From a virus, in IMG/VR virus record IMGVR_UViG_3300025009_000896, positions 19,189 through 83,188 of that record: 64,000 nucleotides of DNA; one strand, given 5' to 3'. Position 1 is the stretch's first letter. Each line of letters begins with the position of its first letter. A model generated the notes under the pieces. It had not been told where the DNA came from. It saw nothing but the letters and a program-made list of their open reading frames with translations, and ran no database searches. Of the stretch, positions 1 through 8,936 are shown piece by piece. Both the position numbers and the translations under genes were made by a program.

Positions 1-175
1 GTGACTTTCAATACAAGCCTCAAACCTTGCCCATTTAGCCTTATTAGCATCTCTTAGGGCTGCTAAGGCTAGCAGACTGAGGAAGGTAAGAAGGATAACA
101 GTAAATACCCTCTTTTCAAATCTGTTGTTTTCAGGTGCGGTCATTGTCTTGTCTATTAGTGAGTGATTAGATTAA

Positions 176-532
176 TTATAATTGGTTAATTAATTCAAAC
201 ATATGTCCCTCCCGCCTGTAATGGTCTAGGTCGCTTTTATGACATACGGCGGTCAGCCCGGTTGAGGTAAATCTAATGGTATATAATTTTTCAAGGTTAT
301 ACCTACCTGTAAATTTATGCCCAACAGTGCCACCGTAGCCCCCTACGCGAACGCTAGCGGACTTAATAACAAAATGACAGTCTGATAAATAAATGAGGTC
401 GCGGAACCCGTCGTTATTGGTTTTTACTCCCTCTTTTTTAGCCTGAGACAATAGCCATACCCGCTGCTTTTCACTTATATTGGCTACCTCGTTGCCCTTC
501 AAAAATGCGGCTAAAATCTCTTGTGTGTTCAT
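176..532 (-). CDS. hypothetical protein
   Basis: ORF track; start moved to MNTQEIL, which follows an AT-rich leader. Confidence 0.55.
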   Translation of the reverse strand: MNTQEILAAFLKGNEVANISEKQRVWLLSQAKKEGVKTNNDGFRDLIYLSDCHFVIKSASVRVGGYGGTVGHKFTGRYNLEKLYTIRFTSTGLTAVCHKSDLDHYRREGHMFELINQL

Positions 533-629
533 AGCTATTAGATTAATATGACAAAGTAAAACAATAGATGAACACAAAACAAGTAAAAAGCGATAAAAAT
601 GCAGAATTTTTGACGAATATATGTTTTTC

Positions 630-1136
630 TTATGTCAATGACATAAGTTTGTACATGAACGGCAATGTTTCAATGATGTTTAAATAGGCAAATTCACCAA
701 AATATTTCTTTGCAGCATCGTTATAAGCTAATGCGGCGGCCTCCTCTGTGCTAAACGTGCCCAAATTCATTCTTTTATTATTATATTGTATTTTGGCCTC
801 GTATTTATTACCCGAAGCCCCTACACCTTTATATTTATATCCCTGATTAGGCTTACGATTCCGCCCGTTTTCGGCGTGGGTTGCGGTTCTTAAATTATAT
901 CTTTGGTTATTAAGCCCATTATGGTCTATGTGGTCAATCATTATGCCCTTATTTACCCCTAATATGACTCTGTGCATCCTTAGCGGCTCCGGGTGCCCGG
1001 GTATGTGTCCATGTGAAACCGCATAATAACAATGTTTTTCATGCACACAATACCATCTAAACTGTGACAAATACTCATAATCTGCATCATCAACTAATGC
1101 AACCCTGTCTGACTTTCTTAACTTAATTTCTTTCAT
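630..1136 (-). CDS. HNH endonuclease with C-terminal AP2 domain
   Basis: LRMHRVIL...IDHIDHNGLNNQRYNLR HNH motif; AP2-like YKGV...LGTFSTEEAAALAYNDAAKKYFGEFAYLN; start moved to MKEIKL. Confidence 0.9.
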   Translation of the reverse strand: MKEIKLRKSDRVALVDDADYEYLSQFRWYCVHEKHCYYAVSHGHIPGHPEPLRMHRVILGVNKGIMIDHIDHNGLNNQRYNLRTATHAENGRNRKPNQGYKYKGVGASGNKYEAKIQYNNKRMNLGTFSTEEAAALAYNDAAKKYFGEFAYLNIIETLPFMYKLMSLT

Positions 1137-1152
1137 TTCGCATAAATGTAAA

Positions 1153-1242
1153 AGCCCCAAGTGATGCGAGGCACTTAGGGCTATCTGGTTAACCTAATAT
1201 CTTAACTGTTTAGTGTCCTCGCATTAACACGGCGTAAAGATA
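1153..1242 (-). promoter_or_regulatory. promoter variant (TATCTTTA) and structured 5' leader with terminator-like hairpin
   Basis: Minus strand: hairpin AGCCCTAAGTG-CCTCGCAT-CACTTGGGGCT followed by T run; its loop is complementary to ATGCGAGG near the transcript 5' end. Confidence 0.6.
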
Positions 1243-1285
1243 GTAAATTGTAATATATCAAAACCAGAGAACGTAAACTATTATA

Positions 1286-1783
1286 TCAAAGGGATATATT
1301 AAACTCACTTATGAACTTTGCATGTATAGCATCATAGTCATTAAATAGCTCATTAATGATATCTAAGCCTGCATCCGATACTCTATAATATATATGTGTA
1401 TTAGCTGTTCTGTGGTGCTCTATTAGTCCCCTATCGAGTAGCTTATTAAAATAGTATCTCATTCTCTGGTCATTGTAATACTTAACAAACCTTAATACAG
1501 CAGTGAACGTAAAATCAGCCTTAACAAGTAAGCTATATAGGTATATACCATTCAATACCAATAGATCAGTCCCAGATAACCCGTATTTCTTGCGTGAAGG
1601 CCTTAACTGCCTGAATAGATTATGATATATTAATTGTGTCCTTAGTCGTTCTTTGTCTAAGCTAATGTGTATAGTTAAGTGCGGGGAGGCTGTACTCACT
1701 TGTATCTTCCGTCTCTGTTTATGCCGCAAATATAACCAAAACTTCTGACTTTGAACCCTGAACAACAACCCAGAACAAACCAC
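1286..1783 (-). CDS. winged-helix (MarR-like) DNA-binding protein; true start probably downstream of the annotated one
   Basis: KYGLSGTDLLVL...NKLLDRGLIEH...YYRVSDAGLDII winged-helix pattern. Confidence 0.6.
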   Translation of the reverse strand: MVCSGLLFRVQSQKFWLYLRHKQRRKIQVSTASPHLTIHISLDKERLRTQLIYHNLFRQLRPSRKKYGLSGTDLLVLNGIYLYSLLVKADFTFTAVLRFVKYYNDQRMRYYFNKLLDRGLIEHHRTANTHIYYRVSDAGLDIINELFNDYDAIHAKFISEFNISL

Positions 1784-2146
1784 GTTCTATTAACCTATTC
1801 GTACTATATACTATATATATGATAACAGCTATTTATTAACATGCTGATATACAATATAATATACATTACAACTATTCCCTATAATATTCACTATGATAAC
1901 CACGAATAAGACCACTACAATACAGGATCACACTATTAAGCCCTATATAACAGACTATATATGTCATTGCTTTTAATACTGGTGTGCAGTCATTGTATTG
2001 CTTTTCAGTGAGTTAAAAGAAAAACAATCCTTTGTTAAGGGGGTGGGGGGTTCTGATTTGGGTTTGGTCTGGGAGAGATGGCCCCCATAATGTATCGGTG
2101 ACCCCTCGTATAACTATACGTTCTATAAAAATAAACCCCAAAAGAC

Positions 2147-2177
2147 TTGCATAATTCAAATCTATTAACTACCTTTG
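2147..2177 (+). promoter_or_regulatory. Bacteroidota sigma-ABfr promoter
   Basis: TTG at 2147, TACCTTTG at 2170-2177. Confidence 0.7.
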
Positions 2178-2207
2178 CACAATACAATGTACACTTGTCG
2201 AAGACCG

Positions 2208-2438
2208 ATGAACAAAAAAACAGACATTTACATAGCAATAGACCTTTTTAAGTGGGAGGTGTATGCTACTTTAACCAAGGAAGACTTAGCGGGGTATGTG
2301 GGAGTCCATAGGAACACCATAAGGCTAACCGACAACAAGGCGATATTGGGTAAGTACCTTGTATTCAAGGGGAATATACTACTTAAGAACAACAATATGG
2401 TACGTGATTTTGAAAAGAACATCAGAAGGGACAGATGA
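2208..2438 (+). CDS. small HTH-like protein
   Basis: TKEDLAGYVGVHRNTI resembles an HTH. Confidence 0.5.
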   Translation: MNKKTDIYIAIDLFKWEVYATLTKEDLAGYVGVHRNTIRLTDNKAILGKYLVFKGNILLKNNNMVRDFEKNIRRDR

Positions 2439-2947
2439 AAACCACCAAAGACAATATAGCTGAGATAGGGCTTTACTACGACATCTACCCTGACGGGAGG
2501 CTTTATTCTAAGAGAAGTCATAGATGGCTAAGACCGGCTATGAGTGGAGATGGGGGGCTAAACTACTCGATAACACTTGAGAAGAGAGCCATTCGGGTAC
2601 CAGTGGCTCGACTAGTGGCGTTAAAGTATGTTCCCTCTGTTGCGGGAAAGAGATATGTGGGGTTTAAAGATAAGAATAAGTATAACCACTGTGTAGATAA
2701 CCTAGTATGGGAAAGTAATGAAGAGAAGTTTCATAGAGGGTATTATAGTAGGTTTAAGGGAGAATTTGATTTTATGTCCTCTGGTTTGAGGAGTAGGCTT
2801 GAAGGAGATGGCAGAGAGAGGTCGGTGTGCGTAGGTGGCGTTACCTACGAGACAGTAAAGGCAGCTTGTTTATCACTTAAGATAAGTAGAAGAGCATTTA
2901 ACAGAAAGCATAATTCACATAAAACCAAAAACAATGAAAAGCGATGA
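2435..2947 (+). CDS. NUMOD4/HNH-like homing endonuclease derivative, catalytic residues degenerate
   Basis: YDIYPDGRLYS...VARLVALKYVP...KNKYNHCVDNLVW; C-terminal YETVKAACLSL. Confidence 0.65.
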   Translation: MKTTKDNIAEIGLYYDIYPDGRLYSKRSHRWLRPAMSGDGGLNYSITLEKRAIRVPVARLVALKYVPSVAGKRYVGFKDKNKYNHCVDNLVWESNEEKFHRGYYSRFKGEFDFMSSGLRSRLEGDGRERSVCVGGVTYETVKAACLSLKISRRAFNRKHNSHKTKNNEKR

Positions 2948-3182
2948 CATCTATGAAGTGGTTACGGCATTAACGGGTAAGATAGCGCCAGTGGGCGAAA
3001 GTTCGGCTGATGAAATACGACTTGAAAATGCAAATAAGTTTATCGAGGTATTAGATATGATGTACATAACAATAGACGAGATTGCGAGAAGGCACAAAGA
3101 TTCTCCTTATGCTTCAGAAAAGAGAATAGGGAAGCTATGCGCTGCAAAGATTAATAGTTTAAGTTCTATGGATAACCAATAA
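2934..3182 (+). CDS. hypothetical protein
   Basis: ORF overlapping upstream gene in a co-directional run. Confidence 0.6.
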   Translation: MKSDDIYEVVTALTGKIAPVGESSADEIRLENANKFIEVLDMMYITIDEIARRHKDSPYASEKRIGKLCAAKINSLSSMDNQ

Positions 3183-3190
3183 CAGATAAG

Positions 3191-3523
3191 ATGAAAAAGA
3201 ACGTAAAGAACCTACCGGAGTTTAAGGCTCTGATTGAACGGTACAAGACAATACCGCTCGAAGAAATTAAAGGGGCGTTTAAATCTAACCGTATAACTTT
3301 TGATGTGAAGGCGAAATTAACGGGATTTGGCAAAACCACCTCATGTAGTTTATGTTTACCAATAACTAATCTATGGACATGTTATGGGTGTATTTATACC
3401 GGACCTACTGGATGCACAAGGCATAAAACTTATGGGGGCATATCATCTGCACGTGACCCCGAATCCCTTTTGGCGGCCTATCGTGCCCGTGCTGCATACA
3501 TGGAAACACTAATTAAGTTATAG
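3191..3523 (+). CDS. Cys-containing hypothetical protein
   Basis: CSLC...CYGC motifs. Confidence 0.6.
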   Translation: MKKNVKNLPEFKALIERYKTIPLEEIKGAFKSNRITFDVKAKLTGFGKTTSCSLCLPITNLWTCYGCIYTGPTGCTRHKTYGGISSARDPESLLAAYRARAAYMETLIKL

Positions 3524-3583
3524 GTGATATATATACTACACCGGAGATAATAGGTTAGGTTCGTTGGACTTAATATAAAAGAC

Positions 3584-4276
3584 ATGAAAAAAGAGAAACC
3601 AATTTTATTCAGCACCGAAATGGTACGTGCTATCATCGAAGGGCGGAAGAGCCAGACGAGAAGAGTAGTAAAACCACAAAGGGAAGCAGCATCTTTTAAG
3701 ATAGCCGTAATGCCTGATGGAACTAAAATGCCATTTGGTATTGACGAAGAAGAGGCTATGCTTGATTACATCAAATGTCCTTACGGCCAGCCCGGAGATA
3801 TGCTTTGGGTGAAAGAGATGTTTTATGCCTATGGTATGTGGGTTAAAAACGGGCGCACCAAGTCCGGCAAACAAAAGTGGGTATTTATTGACACGACTGC
3901 TGCCGGTGAATATCGCTATTTTGATAACCCTCCCGCCGAAGTCTTACCCAACTCAGATAGAGAGACTATGGGATGGTTTAAGCGGAACTCTCTGTTTATG
4001 CCATATAAAGCCTGCCGGATAAAGCTGAAGGTAACGGATCGCAGGGTGGAGAGGTTGAATGACACCTCAGAAGAGGATGCGATTGCGGAGGGAGTGATTG
4101 GAGTACAGAGAGCCGGAGGATATGGGTATGGGTTAAGCAAAGATTGGGACTATAAATTCCCCATGCATGAACCAACTCGAATTATGGCTTATAAACGGCT
4201 TTGGGAATCCATCAACGGCAAGGGATCGTGGGAAAAGAATGAGCGGGTGTGGGTTATCTCCTTTGAGAGATTATAG
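3584..4276 (+). CDS. ASCH/PUA-domain phage protein
   Basis: KPILFSTEMVRAIIEGRKSQTRRVVK...CPYGQPGDMLWVKE...RVERL...W...VWVISF. Confidence 0.85.
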   Translation: MKKEKPILFSTEMVRAIIEGRKSQTRRVVKPQREAASFKIAVMPDGTKMPFGIDEEEAMLDYIKCPYGQPGDMLWVKEMFYAYGMWVKNGRTKSGKQKWVFIDTTAAGEYRYFDNPPAEVLPNSDRETMGWFKRNSLFMPYKACRIKLKVTDRRVERLNDTSEEDAIAEGVIGVQRAGGYGYGLSKDWDYKFPMHEPTRIMAYKRLWESINGKGSWEKNERVWVISFERL

Positions 4277-4393
4277 ATTAAGTCCGATGGATTAGCCCCA
4301 ATCCCCTTAACGGGGAGATAATGGCTAAAACGGCACAATAGGGACATAAAAAACGGCAATTTAAGACTAATGTATAACTAAAACCAAAAAGAA

Positions 4394-4648
4394 ATGCAAA
4401 ATGTAGTAGTAATCCACGAAAAAGACCACGAAGACAATGATATTACCATTATAGGCGTGGCAAGTAGTTCAATAGAGGCGGAAAGGATGATTGATGAGTA
4501 TTATGGCGGTAAGTTTAAGGTTATCGCATTTAGAGATGTGCGTGACAGCAATATCGAATGGCAAAAGACATTAGCAGTAGACAATCACAGGGGTGGCACC
4601 TATTATGTTACGGTGTGGTTAGAATGGTTTGAGATAGACGTAATTTAA
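4394..4648 (+). CDS. hypothetical protein
   Basis: ORF with A-rich leader. Confidence 0.55.
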   Translation: MQNVVVIHEKDHEDNDITIIGVASSSIEAERMIDEYYGGKFKVIAFRDVRDSNIEWQKTLAVDNHRGGTYYVTVWLEWFEIDVI

Positions 4649-4667
4649 ACAACTAATACAAGAACGA

Positions 4668-4934
4668 ATGAAAACAAGACCAATTAAAGAACTGCTGATC
4701 CTGTTAAGGGATTATTTTCCAAAGTCACACGCAGATGGTCGGGATGCCCTTTGTTTTGCGATTCATGACCTATGGAAAGACCATAAAATTATTTCGTATA
4801 ACGAAGCGAAAAAACTTGACAGGCATATTCATGCACATAGGCCTAATCCTAATTCTAAGGCGGCATATTTTTTCCCTCTGGGTGAGCTCACCCCACGTAT
4901 GAAGTTTCTCAACAAGTTAATATCTGAACTATGA
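4668..4934 (+). CDS. hypothetical protein
   Basis: ORF in operon-like run. Confidence 0.55.
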   Translation: MKTRPIKELLILLRDYFPKSHADGRDALCFAIHDLWKDHKIISYNEAKKLDRHIHAHRPNPNSKAAYFFPLGELTPRMKFLNKLISEL

Positions 4935-5185
4935 AAGACCTCGCAGAATCATTTGACGGACGTGGGGAAACCAAGGGGTTTCACTTTAATCTACTACACA
5001 AAAGCGGTAGGGGATACCTATATGAGGTAAGAACTACACCTACGTCTCATCACTACGAAGTGTTCGAGAGAAGAGAGAACGAGAGGTACGGGTGTGTAAC
5101 CTATCCTTCAAGTAAAGTATTCGGTAGGTATGCTTGGACATATAAAACGATCGAAAGGGCAATGGCAGAGTTTGGTAAATTATAG
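4931..5185 (+). CDS. hypothetical phage protein
   Basis: ATGA overlap with upstream gene; YEVFERR...YPSS.FG.AWTY motif. Confidence 0.6.
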   Translation: MKDLAESFDGRGETKGFHFNLLHKSGRGYLYEVRTTPTSHHYEVFERRENERYGCVTYPSSKVFGRYAWTYKTIERAMAEFGKL

Positions 5186-5216
5186 ATTAGGTTCACTGGA
5201 TTTTAAATATGAGGCT

Positions 5217-5504
5217 ATGAAAATACAGCCACTTATGCCCAGGGAAAGCCGAGAGTTCGGGTTACTCGGAGAGCGAATAAAACTTGCAAGGCTACGGCGC
5301 AAGTATAGTGCAGAACAGGTGTCCGAAAGAGCGGGGATATCCTTAGACGCGTTATCATCCGTAGAGTCGGGCGATGTTGATGTCAGCATTGGCGTTTACT
5401 TCTCTGTTCTAAGATCATTAGGGTTAGGGGGGGCTATTTATAAGATCGCCGAGGACGACACATTAGGCAGAAAACTACAGGATATAGAATTATTAGGGCG
5501 ATAA
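5217..5504 (+). CDS. XRE-family helix-turn-helix protein
   Basis: LGERIKLARLRRKYSAEQVSERAGIS...VESGD...Y..VL..LGL...DDTLGRKLQD. Confidence 0.85.
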   Translation: MKIQPLMPRESREFGLLGERIKLARLRRKYSAEQVSERAGISLDALSSVESGDVDVSIGVYFSVLRSLGLGGAIYKIAEDDTLGRKLQDIELLGR

Positions 5505-5779
5505 TGCCCCTCTCCCTACTGCCATAGCGGTAATATTAGCTGAAAAGCACTTATATTCCATGAAAAACGCTTATAAGCAGCTATAATCATTATAAATGTC
5601 CCAATCTTGGTAGCCACGGTACTTAAATAGGAACATTTTTAATGATAAAGGTGATGGCAACACGTTAAAACCGCAAGACCCGGTACACATCTTGATGTAT
5701 CGGGTCTCGAAACTCCTTCTTCCGATTATGGAAAGATGAGCACCGCAAAGGTAATAAAAAATAAGCAGCAGCGTCTTAT

Positions 5780-6157
5780 TTAATCTAATTTACCTGTTTG
5801 CCTCCACTCGGCTATGTTACGATCATCATTAATAAAGTCGAGCCTGAAGGTATCTATTGTCTTCCCTCCAACCATTACATAACAAGTGGCCGGGGCCGAA
5901 ATAAGAAGAGGCTTAACGTCGTCCTCCTCTCCGTGGAGTATAACCCACGAATACCAGAAATTTTGTGTTGTATCGGTATTTGTTAGCACACTCACCACGT
6001 AATCGGGCTTAAGTTGTGATACCACATCGTCAAAAGACTGCATGGGGTGTGTTACATCATTAAGTTTGCCCTCTCTGTGAGAGATTCGTTCTGCTACAAA
6101 TAGGTCTGTCTTATAGAACCCATCATTTTCTTGTGAAACTACTTTAAGTGTCATCAT
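5780..6157 (-). CDS. hypothetical protein
   Basis: ORF downstream of a TACCTTTA promoter-like site at about 6206-6213. Confidence 0.55.
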   Translation of the reverse strand: MMTLKVVSQENDGFYKTDLFVAERISHREGKLNDVTHPMQSFDDVVSQLKPDYVVSVLTNTDTTQNFWYSWVILHGEEDDVKPLLISAPATCYVMVGGKTIDTFRLDFINDDRNIAEWRQTGKLD

Positions 6158-6281
6158 TTTTCTTCTTTTTTAAGTTATTACTACTACTTACTGCTGCTTA
6201 TTGATGTAAAGGTAATAAAAAATCCCAAATACTATCGTACTCAGGATTAGTCGGGGTGCCGCCGAGTTCTTTACTCGACCC

Positions 6282-6548
6282 CTATTTTTGTTTAGGTTCT
6301 ATGGTTTGATGATGAAAGCCCGAAGCCCTTTCTGCCGGTTCAAACCTTCTCTTTAACGCTAACCAAATGTTCTCATCGTAGCCTATGTCTACCACATCCC
6401 CTGCGAAGTTTACCCTTATGTAGTCCTCTAACATTGGGTAGGCATATCTTATACTTGGGTCTTGGGGGTCAAAGAGAAATTCAGATTCATACTCGTGTAC
6501 TTTTTTTGATTTACCTTTAGTGTAGCCGAGGGTTATCTTACCAATCAT
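6282..6548 (-). CDS. hypothetical protein
   Basis: ORF in minus-strand run. Confidence 0.55.
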   Translation of the reverse strand: MIGKITLGYTKGKSKKVHEYESEFLFDPQDPSIRYAYPMLEDYIRVNFAGDVVDIGYDENIWLALKRRFEPAERASGFHHQTIEPKQK

Positions 6549-6570
6549 AAGGATGTTTTCTCAAAGATAG

Positions 6571-6852
6571 CTATAATTTAAGTTCTGTGGACTTAACCAT
6601 CGGAGAAGTGTTTAGGTATGTGAAACAGAAATCCCGCTTTATACGCTTAACAGAACGGTGAAAGTGCTGGGATAACTTCTTAACGGCTATATTATACCAT
6701 TCGTCGTGCTGCTCCTGAGTACACTGATAACGCTGATAGAAGTCACTTGCGTCCGTCCATGGGTTATCCTCAAAAGCCTTTTCAATGGTGATGCCGTGAT
6801 AGGGAACCATCCACCAATTGATTATATCCGCCTCTGTTAATTCTTTTTTCAT
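6571..6852 (-). CDS. hypothetical protein
   Basis: ORF in minus-strand run. Confidence 0.6.
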   Translation of the reverse strand: MKKELTEADIINWWMVPYHGITIEKAFEDNPWTDASDFYQRYQCTQEQHDEWYNIAVKKLSQHFHRSVKRIKRDFCFTYLNTSPMVKSTELKL

Positions 6853-6855
6853 AGT

Positions 6856-7068
6856 TTACGTTCCGTGGTTTATGGAATCCATACTTTCTATTACTCTGTG
6901 ATGCTCTGAGTTTACGTTCACCGGTTTGACGGGCATCTTCTTGCCCTCATCGGTGTCTATCAGCTTTAAGGCACGGATGATGTCATCAATATCAACCTCT
7001 TCAAAGTCGGCATTAGCGCAAGCCTGCCGTATTTGTTTTTCAGTCCACATCCCTGTTCTTGCTTTCAA
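6856..7068 (-). CDS. hypothetical protein
   Basis: ORF in minus-strand run; likely start at MWTEK. Confidence 0.5.
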   Translation of the reverse strand: MKARTGMWTEKQIRQACANADFEEVDIDDIIRALKLIDTDEGKKMPVKPVNVNSEHHRVIESMDSINHGT

Positions 7069-7138
7069 ATCTTATTCCTAATACCATTCCTATTACAAAG
7101 ATGGCGGCTACGCAGATAATGATTCCTAATGTGCTCAT
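7040..7138 (-). CDS. small single-pass membrane peptide (32 aa)
   Basis: MSTLGIIICVAAIFVIGMVLGIRFESKNRDVD just downstream of a minus-strand promoter. Confidence 0.5.
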   Translation of the reverse strand: MSTLGIIICVAAIFVIGMVLGIRFESKNRDVD

Positions 7139-7163
7139 AATTTATGTTATTTGGTTTATAAAG

Positions 7164-7222
7164 CAAAGATATGCAATGTATTTGACAATTCCAAAAAAAG
7201 TTAATTATTTTGTTTATCTTTG
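7164..7222. promoter_or_regulatory. divergent Bacteroidota-type promoter pair
   Basis: Minus: TTTGGAATTGTC...TATCTTTG (-7 box at 7164-7171); plus: TATCTTTG at 7215-7222. Confidence 0.7.
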
Positions 7223-7255
7223 TACCTGAATCAACCAACAGAAACTTTTTATAAT

Positions 7256-7522
7256 ATGAAAATTCTTCCTACACTACTCTTGGTCGAAGACCACAAAGAA
7301 GCAGAGACAAAAACAGAATCAGGAATCTTTATCCCCGTAACAACCAAAACTAATCAGATGAAGGGTAAGGTTATGTTCTGTGGAAAAGGCACTTCAGAAT
7401 TGGAGATGATCTACGAAGTCGGGGACATGGTTATTTATAAACCCAACTCCGGCAGAGAGGTAGAAGTAGAAGACAAGAAACTAAGGCTCTTGGACATCAG
7501 AGAGATTCTCTTCGGGCTTTAA
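7256..7522 (+). CDS. groS: GroES-like co-chaperonin
   Basis: LLV...ETKTESGIFIP...KGKVMFCGKG...VGDMVIYKPNSGREVEVEDKKLRLLDIREIL. Confidence 0.85.
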   Translation: MKILPTLLLVEDHKEAETKTESGIFIPVTTKTNQMKGKVMFCGKGTSELEMIYEVGDMVIYKPNSGREVEVEDKKLRLLDIREILFGL

Positions 7523-7759
7523 ACTCAAACCAACCAACCGACCCTCCAATTCTACCATCTCTCGTAGTATGCGCTGAGTAAGGTAGAATTGCGATTGAAG
7601 CTCCTTGTCAGGGTATGCACCTTCGGCAAGGAGTTTCTGTTGTTCGGCGGGCAAGGCGGTAAGCACCTTACTTTTTAGTAACTTACTGTTCCGTAACACT
7701 TCCAATCTCTTTACTATGACCTTCTTAGCCCTGCGCTTCGCTGCTCTGTCCATTATCAC
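7481..7759 (-). CDS. hypothetical protein
   Basis: ORF converging on and overlapping the groES-like gene. Confidence 0.45.
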   Translation of the reverse strand: MIMDRAAKRRAKKVIVKRLEVLRNSKLLKSKVLTALPAEQQKLLAEGAYPDKELQSQFYLTQRILREMVELEGRLVGLSLKPEENLSDVQEP

Positions 7760-7910
7760 CTATTCTGCAATTAACACACAAATCTTTGCCCGGCAACAAT
7801 TTCCACATCCACACAAAAAACATTATCCCAGCATGGGCGTCCATTGCAACATTTTGCGTTCCGCATTTATCGCAAATAATTGTCACCAACCCGTCTTCTG
7901 TTTTTATCAT
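7725..7910 (-). CDS. small zinc-finger-like protein
   Basis: CDKC...W...DLCVNC. Confidence 0.55.
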   Translation of the reverse strand: MIKTEDGLVTIICDKCGTQNVAMDAHAGIMFFVWMWKLLPGKDLCVNCRIGDNGQSSEAQG

Positions 7911-8902
7911 ATCGTATAGTTAAACTCCTTTAAGTAATCGTTAATACTCCTTGTCGTCAATCTCTCGTTTCGCTCTCTGACCTCTTTTACGGCAGACATA
8001 TTGACCTTGATGTAATGATTAGCAAGGTTATACTGCAACAACGGAAGGCCGTGAGCGTGAAAGTTATGTTCTATGTATTGTTTAAGTTCTTTGGTTTCCT
8101 CATATGGAAACATTGTATAAAGCATAAACAGCTTATTCCACCACTTCATCTCTAACCTGCCCATCCTGTCTATCGGCCTACCAAAGACGTGCCCTGTTTC
8201 AAAGTCGGGCAAGATAAGGCTGTCACCCCCATACAGGTAGTTTTTGATAGACAGATAAGGCTCTAGGGCTCCCCAAATAGAGTGTCCTCTGAATCTTATG
8301 CCCTCTTTAGTGTCAAATCCACCTAACTTAAGATACCATTCTCTTGTAGTGAAGTAGAAGGCTCCGTGAAGGTTAGAGATAGGGGTTATGTCCGTTGGTT
8401 TGGTATTTCTCCACTTGCTCTCTATAATGTCAAAATAAGCTGGCTTTTGACGTAGTGTGCTGTTGAGCGGCAAGCTGTCCTTATCCATCTTAAACACAAG
8501 GTCAGCACCATAACGCCTTACATTAGCAGGGTCGTCAACCTCTAAGTTTTCGGGGCTCAAACCAACGCAAGTAGAACACAAGATTGAATTAGGATATTCA
8601 GATGCGTACTTAACCACATAATCGAACCAATGTCCGTTCTTTACCATTACATCTGAAGCCGTCAAGACTAAGATATCCCCCGTTGCGTGTTCCGCAGCCC
8701 TGTCAAACGAATACCCTACACCCCTGTTGTGATTGTTGGTGATGAGTTTTATCCTTGGGTCTTTGTCTAACACCGGAGGATGGTAGGAGCCGTCATCAAC
8801 GACTATGAACTCTACGTCATCGTTATGATACTCCCTAAGCCTCTTGAGTGTTATACCAAGATACTCGTGGTCGTTGTAGAATGGGAGGAGAACGCTTATC
8901 AT
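7907..8902 (-). CDS. GT-A fold glycosyltransferase (GT2 / ppGalNAc-T-like)
   Basis: MISVLLPFYND...IVVDDGS...NRGVG; LGGFD...WGALEPYLSIKNYLYGG...GHVF. Confidence 0.85.
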   Translation of the reverse strand: MISVLLPFYNDHEYLGITLKRLREYHNDDVEFIVVDDGSYHPPVLDKDPRIKLITNNHNRGVGYSFDRAAEHATGDILVLTASDVMVKNGHWFDYVVKYASEYPNSILCSTCVGLSPENLEVDDPANVRRYGADLVFKMDKDSLPLNSTLRQKPAYFDIIESKWRNTKPTDITPISNLHGAFYFTTREWYLKLGGFDTKEGIRFRGHSIWGALEPYLSIKNYLYGGDSLILPDFETGHVFGRPIDRMGRLEMKWWNKLFMLYTMFPYEETKELKQYIEHNFHAHGLPLLQYNLANHYIKVNMSAVKEVRERNERLTTRSINDYLKEFNYTI

Positions 8903-8936
8903 ATCTGGAAATTATGTGTAATACCAATTGCGATTT

